This document shows positions 12,211 to 23,335 of a stretch of DNA of 64,000 bases, in pieces. Origin of the DNA: Tubulanus polymorphus (Eukaryota; Animalia; Nemertea); assembly GCF_964204645.1 (NCBI RefSeq), contig NC_134033.1:12346655-12410654 (forward strand), read 5' to 3'. Both the position numbers and the translations under genes were made by a program. The first letter of the stretch is position 1. Every line of letters starts with the position of its first letter. The notes beneath the pieces were generated by a model. That model had not been told where the DNA came from, searched no databases, and saw nothing but the letters and a program-made list of their open reading frames with translations.

Positions 12211-13245
12211 GTGAGTATATCATTGTAGGAATTTGTATTGACCATGTAAAGTGACTTCGGCGGTGAAATGTACTAATGCCCCATTCAAAATTCATTTTCA
12301 TTCTACTACAAGTCTCTAACAATACCTGTCTTAAGATATAGTCTACAAATTGAAGCTATTTCGGGACGATAAACCTTCCACGGTTAAAGACTTTGAAGAC
12401 TTTCAAAGTTAAGAAAGTTTTAAAGAGACCGTTAGAGAGTTTTAAAAGAAAGAGGACCGCACAGTCAAGGTTTTTTTTAAGACCGGTCTAAGCCCAATTC
12501 GGATATGTAGCTAATCTATCAATTTTAAGACTATAAGATCAATATCATTTAAGGTGGACTGTTGGACTAAAGTCACCACAGTACAATATCCATCAGTCAA
12601 TATTTTCATATTTTGTACGTTGCCGCTGGAAGGAATCAGTGTTATATACTTTTAAAACATTGAAATTAATGATCGGGAAAGGTGAATCTTTTACAACCTA
12701 TAATTTGTAGACAGACCTTTTTATTAGTAAATACACGCGTGTGTTTGCCAGGTTTTAGTACCGACGCCCCGGGGAGGCGGTATAGGATCGGACCGCCGCG
12801 CGTCTCAATGACGAATGGAAAAATGCGATGCATTCTCGTAGTACACTCAGCGTGGGATGATGGACTCAGAGCTCGAGGCTTCAGGAGCCGCAGCGTCGAA
12901 TACACATTTTTATTCCTTTTTTTCATAATAGTTTTGCTCAGCCGTGGGACTAAACTGCTAAACAATCCCGGCGTGGTTGAGTTTAAATTTTTTAAGGTGT
13001 ACTCTTTTAATACAACAACTTTATACCCAATACCAATGGGCTTCTGTTCTATGGGGTCGGTTCTGGGGTCATTGTTGAATTTGACTCAATTTGTTCAAGG
13101 CTAATCGAATTTTATCGGTTAACTCTATGGGGAACGTGTTGCACACAGTCAAAACTGAAGAATTATGTCCAGCTTGGTCCAACTATCGCACGATCTACGT
13201 AAGACGGATTATCGGATTCATGAGTCCTAATTAGATAATTGACAG

Positions 13246-13850
13246 TCACCAGTCTCCTGAACTGTGCGAGGAACGCCCCAGCCTGAGCACGCGTGGGGTG
13301 TGATGCGGTTATGGACTATTTGCTGTGAGATTACGCGGAAATTCACTGATGACACTCTGGACTGTGCGCGAGAGGTTTGTTTGATCAACGTGTTCGGAAT
13401 TTCATCGAGACTCAATCAATTCTCGACGTATCTGTTGCTTATAGCTCTCTAACCTCAGCAGCTCCGTCGCTGTCTCCGATATTCTTCACATAATGAAGTC
13501 GTCCAAACGGACCGAAAATATGACGAAAGATTTTGACTCGCATTTACGCGTCATATTGGACGGTTAACTTTGTAAATCGAAGTCGTAGTTGACTGTCAAT
13601 GGAGGTCCAATATGACGCGTTTTGAAGAGCGGCCGATTCACGGCCTTGTTCTGAAGTTTAATTGGGCAACGTAGAACAAAGTTAGACGACACATTTAGAA
13701 TTGGATTAAACATGACGCGATCTGCTATTAATATTTATCAATAGCCAAAACAATGAGCGTATGAACTGGTTTTATTTTATATCCCCAGACTGTGGCCCCG
13801 GGTGGTTTCACGAACTTCTCGCTCGCGGAAGCGGCCGATTCTTACACTAG
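13246..13850 (+). pseudogene. Possible disrupted downstream exons (13246-13374 and 13789-13850) of the 12052 gene
   Basis: GC-rich blocks bounded by ttgacAG/GTTTGT and tccccAG/GTACCG; a phase-1 join gives LCARD-CGPG...RFL, but the Cys-containing pieces lie in different frames with TGA stops. Confidence 0.3.
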
Positions 13851-14208
13851 GTACCGAATAGCCGTCTGCCTAATTGTGCTTATGTTATTGGCGATGCTTG
13901 TCACTCTTGTGACGTATCGATCACCGGCGGTTCTGAAGCAGTCGCCACTGCGGCCGATGATGATGAAATTTCATTACGCATGAAGCGTCGAATCTCAGTC
14001 TCTTTCACTTAAATCTGCGCCTGTTTCCCTCGGGACTGAGACGATTTATACATGACTCATTCAACTGTTGCGAAGATCTCTGTGTGTTTACTCGAAACGC
14101 GGACGTTACTCAAATAAGACAGGAAAAATGAAGGACAAGTCACAAATCACTGGCGCCTAAACGATGCATCTCATCCAGTCGCGAATCAGTGTTGAAAACT
14201 AAATCCTG

Positions 14209-14345
14209 GGCCTGGTTGCACCATCATGACTTAAGTCCAAAAGTGGTCTTAAATCTTAAGACTGGTCTGAAGTCGTTTGTCGGGCTATATAACTAAGCTC
14301 GTCTTGGACTGGTCTAAAGTCCAAGCCTTGGCATGCAACCGGCCC
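14209..14345. mobile_element. MITE family A copy
   Basis: Same internal sequence as 2068-2205 (gacttaagtccaaaagtggtcttaaatcttaagactggtct); TIRs; CTG/TTG flanks. Confidence 0.8.
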
Positions 14346-14544
14346 TTGAATTCCAGGTGGTTATGGGTTCGAACCCCGATGAACCCATGCTATTCGGTCA
14401 GGGCATATTCATGTCACTGTTAACTGGCTCACTAATCTAACAACAGAAGTCTCGTGTGGCTAATTACTCTAATTGAAGTGAGTGAAATTTACCCCACGAG
14501 TTGTAACTTGATCAAGAGTCAAATAAACGGGCGACACGGTGTTA

Positions 14545-14645
14545 GTGGGTCCGAGTCAAATTGGACCCGCACAAAAATTACTGTGGAACCGAATCCAGAA
14601 ACAAATTAAACCCACACAACTGTGAAACCGGTCCAGAGGCAAATC
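14545..14645. repeat. Degraded copies of the 39-bp minisatellite unit seen at 61277-61484, reverse orientation
   Basis: ctgtggaaccgaatccagaaacaaattaaacccacacaactgtgaaaccggtccagaggcaaat matches the reverse complement of the unit. Confidence 0.65.
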
Positions 14646-17600
14646 GTCTTGAGTCGGATGACTTTGATCAACGGATCCAGATCTTCTAACGTTGTATCCT
14701 CACAGTTCCCGATAAATCATCTTCTTCCTTGAGAGATCAATTACTGAAAATGAGTTTTATGGTGAAGGTTTTACACGGTTTTCTCACCGATAGCAAATTG
14801 AGTGTAAATGTTCGTTGTTGTCAGATTGGTTGTTTACATGATTAGCAGATTCATGTTCAACAGCTGAACTGCAAAACTGGAATATACCCCGAAAATACCA
14901 TAAAACTCATTTTCCTCACGCAGATCAGACCTGAAAGATCCTCCACATACTATGAGTCAGTCGTTTTTCGAGTAAATTGTATATGCCTTTTTGATCACTT
15001 CTTTTCTCTGCAGTCCTGCTATCCCATCATCGATTCTATCTAAAAATACCCGAATGTTAAAAGAAATTCTGATTTCCCCATTCAATTTAAAACGCATAAA
15101 AACATTATTTTTTTCAGAATATTTTGTCCCCTTCGCCCATTCATTTTTTCGTGAAAAAAAACACCCGCACTCTAAACAAAGAAGGCCTCGCTGATTACGT
15201 ACGATGGTTCGTCTCCGGTGTTCTCTAGCCGGTGTATATAATATGGGCAATGTCTCCACTAAACATGAAACACATGAAGATCGTGCGATCAATCTTTGAG
15301 AAAGTTTGTATACACTCATGAAATTTCTAACGTTCGTCCGACGCCTGCGTAGAAATCAAAATCAAACCCCCCTTTTCGCTCCCGGCTGGTGTGGTGGGTT
15401 TGTAAGGGACACCGACTCAGAAAATCAAACGAAATCTACCAATCAAATAAATACAAGGGTCAATCCATATTTACAGATTAAAAAAGAAATTAAACCGCAA
15501 CCGGGACGAGTTGCGACTTACCCTAGGCTATAATTGACGTTTATACACGGCGCCTAGAAATTATCATTCCTAAATGACCTTTACGCACGAAACAGACGAA
15601 GTAGAAAAATGGCTGGGAAAATGGTAGATCTATTTGTAGAAGAAGAGGGTGGGGTGCGCGCGCGTCCCGTAATTACTGGTTAACGCAATGCTTCAATAAA
15701 GACTATATACGTCATCTGCATTTGAAGGGGAAAAAACGTCAAATCGATGATTATCGACGCGAGTTGAATAACTGTATAATTAATTCTCTACTTCTTTAGG
15801 ATATTGTTTGTATCGAATGAAGTAGTCAAGGCCACTTAAAAATTAAGTATGAACTTCCTGGTCGAACACGACGAGTGGCTAAACTTTCAATTCTTATTCG
15901 TTTTTTCTTTCGCGAGGGTTTGGTATTTCATTAGGACAGCTTTGACGTTCAGCCGTCATTGGACGAATTTTTTGAATCACCCTCCCATGGGTTTAGGTTA
16001 GTTGAGACAAATCTATGACACCATTTGGGAGGTTGCCTGCCCAAATCCAAATGGCCCACTCGCAGAACCATTTCGATAGTGTTACACGCAAGAAAATGTT
16101 ACAATGTTAAATGAACTGTGTAGAATTGGGCCCAGAAGGCTCAGTTAGTGAACATCCCATTCAAATGAAGGTAACCCTCTGTAAACTGGGCTGTGGGTAT
16201 CCACACTATCGTAACAATATTGTCCGACCACTTAGCTCTTCAAAACGCAATGCAGCTAAGCGCTCCGCGAAATTCCAAGGTCGACCACTGCACACAGAGA
16301 CTGGAATATAATACGAAAGGTCAGGAAATATAAACCTGACGATGCGGTGCGGTAATCATGCTACAAAATGATTAGTACATATACTCGAGTTTAACAATAC
16401 TTGATGTTTACCCCTGCAGGGAGATGAATTCAATGTCGGCTGCTGATCGATCACGGATAAAAAGCACCGCGCGTTTATCCATAATACCGACAAGCTTTGG
16501 TTTATTTAGGAGTTTGATTCGCCGCCTCGTATCGAAATCCGTTCGCCGTTTCGCTCACATCAGTAATCAATGGAGCGTCTCTCTAAATGGAAACTGTTAA
16601 ATGTCACTTATGTATTTTTTGTATGTAAGAGGGCCAGTGGTGTCTAACTGTTTAACATAACGGTATGACATTTCTAATAAGATTCGAACCCTTTGATAAC
16701 TACCCCTTTTTCCGTACAAAATTCCTGGAACCCGAATCAAAAATCTCCATTTCATTCGAATACTATAAAGTTGCTTAAAAGTTCAACACGCAGGGAAACA
16801 TGGAAACAGGTGACAGAAACATGTTTCCGAGAAATATGTTTTTATTATATATTTTTGTACGTTTTGTACGACCGGCCAAATGACTGATGAATTTCTTTCG
16901 AAAGCCTGATTGATTCAATTTTAGAATTCCATGGTCTCGCACGCTGCCCTGAATACGAATCGTCCTGAAATAGCTCGTCAGTTTTAACTATTCAATTACG
17001 GTCATTTCAAACCGACGTTCGCGCTAGCGGATGTTTAAATTGATAATCAACTAGCTGACTCGTCGATTGTCGAGTCGAAACGGTAGTTAAAGTTTAAATG
17101 AACGTTATTGTTACGGGAAGAATTGAAATCGAAAGTCGATTCATTGACTGAAATTTCAAACGCGTTGAGTCAAGGATGATTGAAGTTTCAATGTACATAC
17201 ACCATACACATTTCGAGTCTCTTTCTTTCGGTTATCTTCGCTCGACTGTGAGTGTCTGTCATAGTTTATTCCGGTGGTCCATCTCTGGCCAGTTGATAGT
17301 TTGAATCCTGATCGGTTGAATTTACAGATTCCGTTTTTAAATCGAAGTACATAATTGGAAATTTCGGTTTCAGTTCGTGTCAACAATCTCTCAACCAGTC
17401 TGAACCGGCTAGTGACCGATTTGAGTCTATTCTTGGCTGCTACGTACAATACATGCACATCGACTTTAAAGGTTCAAAATCTTTTATCGCCAATTTTTGG
17501 ATTCTTGGTCGTTATCTGTTTTCCGAGTCGACGTAAAGTCCTCTATATTGTCTGACCCGCGTTTCGCCAGTCTATAGTCGGGCAGCGGTTGTCTCCACAG

Positions 17601-18335
17601 AGAACTCAGTCGCTCTACAACCGACTGTGGTACACCAGACACTTTAAGGTTCTTGGTGAAACCCGCGCCTGTAATAACTAAGATTCAATGCGCAGAAAGT
17701 TTTTTTGTCGTACTCGCGCGCGGTTGCATTCGTGGACATTTTTGCGCTCAGAGTGATTCGACGTTGTCGCTGATACAAGTTTCGCCGAGAGAATCACCAC
17801 CACACCGCGCGCGGGTGATGAAGGTAGATACACCGCCACAGTACCTCTCGTCACCGCGCCGATATTCATCGTCATGTTTAACAATAAACCAAACGATGCT
17901 ATATAACATAATACAATCAGCGATCGATGAGTGACGGTCACACAACAATACCACCCGAGTCAAGACACAATACTGATAAAAATGAAGCATTCATTGTTTG
18001 AGAATATTAACTCGGTATACAGCCCCCGCCGCGACCGACTCATTTATGAGAGAAAAATCAGCTACTCAGCGCAGATTAAAGCTTTTCACCTCACAGATTG
18101 CGTTAGTCATCATTTACCGTACCATTTGATACATGGTATAATGCTGGTAGCCGGCTTTTTTACTGAGAGTCCACGAATAGGGAAGATAAGATGCTCACGC
18201 GAAAAATTCCCCGGCGTGGATTCGAACCCGATGGTATTGAATCTCCTACATGCACATCCTGCCTCCTAAGGATTCGAAAGAGACCCTGCCATGCTTGATG
18301 GATTCATACCCGTCAACCCCTGAGCCAGTCTCCAG

Positions 18336-18473
18336 GGGCCGGTTGCATAGTCATGACTTAGATTTAAGACCAGTTTAAGATCAACTTAGTTCTATAGCCA
18401 ATCTAACAACTTAAGACCATTCTTAAGATTTAAGACCACTTTTGGACTTAAGTCACGACTGTGCAACTGGCCC
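18336..18473. mobile_element. 138-bp MITE family A copy, opposite orientation to 2068-2205
   Basis: TIR GGGCCGGTTGCA...TGCAACTGGCCC; CAG on both sides (18333-18335, 18474-18476). Confidence 0.87.
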
Positions 18474-18494
18474 CAGGACATGAAATGATTGAAA

Positions 18495-18645
18495 CGCCAA
18501 TATTGATGACGTAGTGCACATCGACTCACACAGTTCTCCATAAACAACACATACAAGGTATCAATGTATAAGAAGGTTATATAGTATATAAGGGATTTTA
18601 CCGCGTCAGAAAATCTGATTTTTTTTCGGTTCGTATTGTAACAGT
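18495..18645. repeat. Dispersed repeat (family D), second copy at ~43537-43660
   Basis: cgccaatattgatgacgtagtgcacatcgactcacacag vs cgccaatattgatgacgtactgcacatcgagtcacgcag, plus shared downstream ggNttttNccgcgtcaNaaaatc-like motif. Confidence 0.65.
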
Positions 18646-19351
18646 CTCACGATGTCCATCAGGTTCGAATCCCGGCGCTACGGAGTAAGATGATGATAAA
18701 AAAACTGGGTCGGCTGTAATAAATATCACTAGCGCCATCAAACTCGACGTCCTTGTTACTCAATCAGCGAATGCTGGACAACGTTTAATCAAACGTCACG
18801 ATAGCCATCAATAAATCACACGCCACGGCCATTGTTCTGCCGGTTGGAAATAAAGCTCGCGGAACGGGCAGCAGTCCACCGTCTCGATACTGACTGTCGG
18901 TTTTCGGCGGCGATCTGAAAAATTGACGTATCGTCAATGAATGATTGTGTTATATTATATACATGTGTGCGTCCTTCATATAGATTTCCCCTCGATATAA
19001 ATCAGTCTGGAAATATACCCTCGCGCGGACTCTAGCTCACAAAACCATAAATAAAGTGAAAAAAAAACCCACAATAAGATGAAAAAACTAGGAGAAAATC
19101 TAATTCGACTCAAATCTATATGAGTTATATTTCAAAATCGAATCTATTGAACAGATATAACAGTACAGATTCAGAATGAATTAGTGTTCGCTCCATACAT
19201 TGTGGGTTTTTCACTTTGTCGATATCAGGTAGTCACTTTCTCGTCTATAGAAACCAACGATAGTTTGAATCCTAACAGATGCACAATCTCTTTCCTTTTT
19301 TCTACAATTCTTTTAAACATTATCGGACAATTTCTTCTAAACAAAAATTTC

Positions 19352-19443
19352 GCCCTCGGACTGGATTTGAACCAGCGACCTAAGGAATTCAGCTATGGGG
19401 ATGCCACTACAGTCCTCCGCTCTACCAACTGAGCTACCGAGGG
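19352..19443 (-). tRNA. tRNA-Tyr(GUA) with 19-nt intron (19388-19406); variant or possibly non-functional copy
   Basis: Minus strand CCCTCGGTAGCTCAGTTGGTAGAGCGGAGGACTGTAG[tggcatccccatagctgaa]TTCCTTAGGTCGCTGGTTCAAATCCAGTCCGAGGGC; full cloverleaf, anticodon at 19410-19408, intron at canonical 37/38 position, T5 Pol III terminator a few nt downstream. Confidence 0.9.
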
Positions 19444-20176
19444 AAGATATTAAAATCGTAACGTCTTGAAGATAAATATTTTACTGTCTCTGTTGCCAGG
19501 TGTGGATAATAGGGCCATTTATAGATCACACGTTGAATTGCAGTTTGATTTTGTTGTTTTCTGATCGTGCTGCCGTGTTCATCTCCGAGTTTACACTCTC
19601 TCCCTAGAAACCTAGTGATTGAAACGCCGTCAAAAATCCCGTCGCCTTCGCACTAGAATGCTATATCCAATTATCCGCGACCGACAAATCTAATTCTTAT
19701 AGAAAGCGAATTATTTTTTACGGATGTTCTACCGCAAGTTGACTACGTCTAGCTCCTGTTGATTCGGCGGCTTACATTTTTCGTCGTCTGTCGTAACATT
19801 GTTTCGAGCAGTCGCCGACATCAAGGAGTCATTATTCCGAACCTGTTCTCACGATGTCGCCTTTAGCCGAGTGTCATTTCATCTCGGCAAAGTTCCCCCA
19901 TGTATGAATACTAAACATGCCAGCTATATACACCTACGACTGCGAGAGACAGTGTCGGAGAAAACGAAAGAAAAAGGGAACAAGCCCTTCGGCGATGTAT
20001 TCTTGCACTGATCAGTGACAATCATTTGGTGCTCTACAACGAGACAACCGCGTACACGACAACCAAGGCACTGATTACAGTGTCTATGTCGAAGAGGCCA
20101 GAACGGATTTATATCCATTCAACCCATAACTCATTAACCACTTTGATTAAAACCCTATATAGGCCGTAGAGGCCAA

Positions 20177-20280
20177 GGGTTCCATAGTCATTGTTTGGAC
20201 TTAAGAGCAGGATGAGACTGTCAGATAGCCAATATAACAACTAAAGATGAATCTTAAGTCCCGACTATCGAACCGGCCCT
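20177..20280. mobile_element. Degraded MITE family A copy
   Basis: ggttccatagtca...tagccaatataacaactaaagat...cttaagtcccgactatcgaaccggccc. Confidence 0.65.
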
Positions 20281-20817
20281 TAAGAGTAAACTCGAATGAA
20301 GTATCTTACTTTCTAAACCAACAAACTTTCGAACCTGTTGATAGTCTGACTACAGAGTCAACTTATACCAGCTTTGAAAACGAATCGAATCGCCCATCAC
20401 GCCGGAACTGAATGATGTAAATAAAAGCGGGCGCTTCCGTATTGGCGAGAAATGGCTGTGACTCAACTTAAAGTCAGTAAGGTCGAACACTTATCCATAC
20501 GTATGCTCACACACATTTTAACCAGTTTGCCACTGATACTGAATAAAAGATTCAAAATATTGAAAATGTCGTCTCTGGAAACATATCGATCAGACCGAAG
20601 GCCGAGTATATATCTTACACACGACATCTCGCGCAGAATACGAATTCGTTTCTCGTTGTTTCTGACGGTGGCAAGGCGACGTCTCTTGGAAATCTCGATC
20701 ACCGACTAATGAACTAATTTCCATAGATAAGTAACTATTATTTCCAATCCATACAGTATGAACGCAGCGCTGAGCTGCAGCAGCAGTACACCACACCTCG
20801 ACCGGTGGCAGGCGAGC

Positions 20818-20940
20818 TTTTATATTAACGACCGAGGAGCTATAAATTGAGTATTGTGACGACGTTTAGGTGACAGTTTACGAGCGAATGGACCAGGTTT
20901 GGCGTTGATTGCAAGTCGTAAAGGTTATTCCTTAGTGAGT
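20818..20940. promoter_or_regulatory. Candidate core promoter: back-to-back TATA boxes, short + strand exon and splice donor
   Basis: TATAAAA on - strand (20818-20824), TATAAAT on + strand (20841-20847), Inr-like ACAGTT (20873-20878), donor-like GTGAGT at 20935-20940, in a GC-rich context. Confidence 0.3.
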
Positions 20941-22223
20941 TATCTGACTGGCGGTTAAACCGGTTCACACAGAACCACTGATAATACCTGACCACAGCTC
21001 TATTGGTTCACGCGTATATCCAACGTTCGTTGAACATTCGCGTTGAGATCGGAAAGTGCCTATGTGTCGTCTTAGAAAATCCAGACCCAATTTGCCGATT
21101 GGGGGATATGGTCTTGATTTTCGTGATACACTTTAAAGTCGATCTTTTTCATTGGTCATCCGGTACTTGCCTTGTGCGGGTATTCGAATATTGCCCTTTT
21201 CAAAATATTTTGCCGCTTTCATCGGACAAGTACTGTCTAGGCAAACCCTAGGTCCTCCCCTATCTTCGAATACCGTTTCGAAAATCTAAAATTTGGTTCC
21301 AGTATTTGGTGTCAGACGTTAGGACTCTTATGCAGTTCTAAGCCATTGGAAATTCAAATTTTAGAATCCCAAATCTTAACAATCTTTGAGTCAAACAGTA
21401 ACACCACCCTGGTCAAACGCAACCATCGCGGTAAATCTGCTATGGATCCGTGGCATCAGGCAGGATCTCGTTCTGATGCTTGGAATACATGTGCGATAAC
21501 GATTTATTGTATATATGTATATATATACATATAAATGCGATATGTGGAGATTTTTTTTATGCGCGAAGAACTCATTTCATTTTAACCTGCGACCAACGGA
21601 TTGACCGTAATGGCCATTATCGGGAAGACAAGTGAGCAAATTACTGGCCAACCACTTTATACCGTCCCCGAGAGTCGGTGAGCGAGCACTGCAAAAACTC
21701 TTCTCGACGTGCCACCGAAAAATGATTGATCGCGCCGGAAATCTTGGTAGTCTGTCCATAACGTCGCTTTTTACGTTTCCGTTTCATAGCAACATTCACG
21801 ATAATGATGTGTATATACACGATAAAAATGTCGGCGATAACGATTTATATTGAACGTTGGTTTCAAACTTATATCTGCAAGTGCTTCGGGTGCCGGCTAC
21901 AGTGACACCGGTGGCTAACGTCTGTGGTTCGGACCCAACTGAACCAATTCGTTGATTGGAGTTCTCCCAGTCCCGTCAGTGGTTGGATCCATATAGATCT
22001 CCGTCGCTCTACGATCCTAGTGTAATATCAGACATAGGGCTCTTGGATGGAAACACTTTCAGGACTGGGTGAAGTTAAAGTGTGATCCTGAGAAGGGACT
22101 GTAATCAATATTGCTGGCTTCTAGGTCCAGTTACACCAGTCGCCGTGCCTTAATCCAAGCAATGACCTTGAACCATACAATGCTGGTTTTAAGTTCTAAG
22201 ATTGGCCGTTGAACCAAGATTGT

Positions 22224-22297
22224 CTATAAGAGCGGCCTTCAATCGAAGTTTAACTGCCTCCTATAAGAGCGGCCTTCAATCGAAGTTTGACTGCCTC
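22224..22297. repeat. 37-bp tandem duplication
   Basis: ctataagagcggccttcaatcgaagttt(a/g)actgcctc twice, one mismatch. Confidence 0.9.
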
Positions 22298-23182
22298 TGG
22301 GTTATAGAATTGCGCACTTGCAGTCGCCATAGTTTATGTACATAAAACCAATTCGAATTTTGTAAATATTTAAACGTCAAAGTTACGTAATTGAACAGAG
22401 ACACTGACCACGTACGTGATATAGTCTATAGATACGTGTGAAGCGTCCAACGTCAATAAATCATTAATAATACGAATCGTTTAATTGAATTATTGGTATC
22501 CAATTATCGCCTAGGATACTAATATTATCTAAGTAGTCTTTATTACGGCCATGAACGATTTTAGTAATACGTGCGTGGTGCGGCGAATGCTCGGCAGCGA
22601 ACGGGCTGAGAGGAGTCTTATCCCGGCCAACCGATATATTCAATTATTGGCCATCGCCGAGACGAGTTCGTTCATCCTCTATTTATAATGCGTACATGTA
22701 TACACGAATAGATTTATTAGAATTCGACCGTGACGCTCGGGGACCGTAACTGAAAGGCTCCACTTAAGATGATCGGTATATCGTATATATTGTATTGTGC
22801 CGATTGCATTAAATAGTCTTCGATATACTTATAAGATATCTTAAATAGAGTAAAGCTTGCCACTGTAGCCATCTTAGATACCTGGATGCTTTTGGAACAG
22901 CATGGCCTCATCGACAGATGAAGTATCCCAAACCTAGATTTCACGAACATTTATGACAAGCTATGTGATGAAATATATTATTGTTGAATCGTTGAATTAA
23001 TTCATCTAAGATGAGAATTTTTCCATTAGTAGCTAATCATAATTTTACTGAATTCGTTGAAGTCAATGAGGAGGTTGTCACGTCTTATCGAAATTTTAGT
23101 CAAGTTGTCGACATTTATTAAGGTCGTCTTTCCTTTCTAGGACCTTTCTAGTCATTTTTTGAAAATAAATCTCAATAATTAT

Positions 23183-23335
23183 TTTTGAGAGGATGTGCAC
23201 TACGTCGTCATTATCGGGGCTAGACTGGTTGCCGGTCATCTCAATTCAATTATCTATATGTTCAAATCCAAATTACTTCACCGATCCTAAATATCATATA
23301 ATTTACATTATATTATTTATTGTCGACACTATCAA
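23183..23335. repeat. Dispersed repeat (family C), second copy at ~28102-28300
   Basis: actacgtc(g/a)tca(t/a)tatcggggctagactggttgccggtcat...ttcaaatccaaa...attatttattgtcgaca shared in direct orientation. Confidence 0.8.

Noticed and set aside
13246-13374. Selenoprotein reading of TGA codons
   Set aside because: No frame gives a coherent Cys/Sec pattern and no SECIS element was recognised
17156-17458. 100-aa minus-strand ORF
   Set aside because: GTG start, in-frame stop just upstream, no recognisable domain or clear splice signals
19200-19234. Further AG|GT junctions (19228, ~44391, 59707)
   Set aside because: Weak donors or short pyrimidine tracts; within chance expectation
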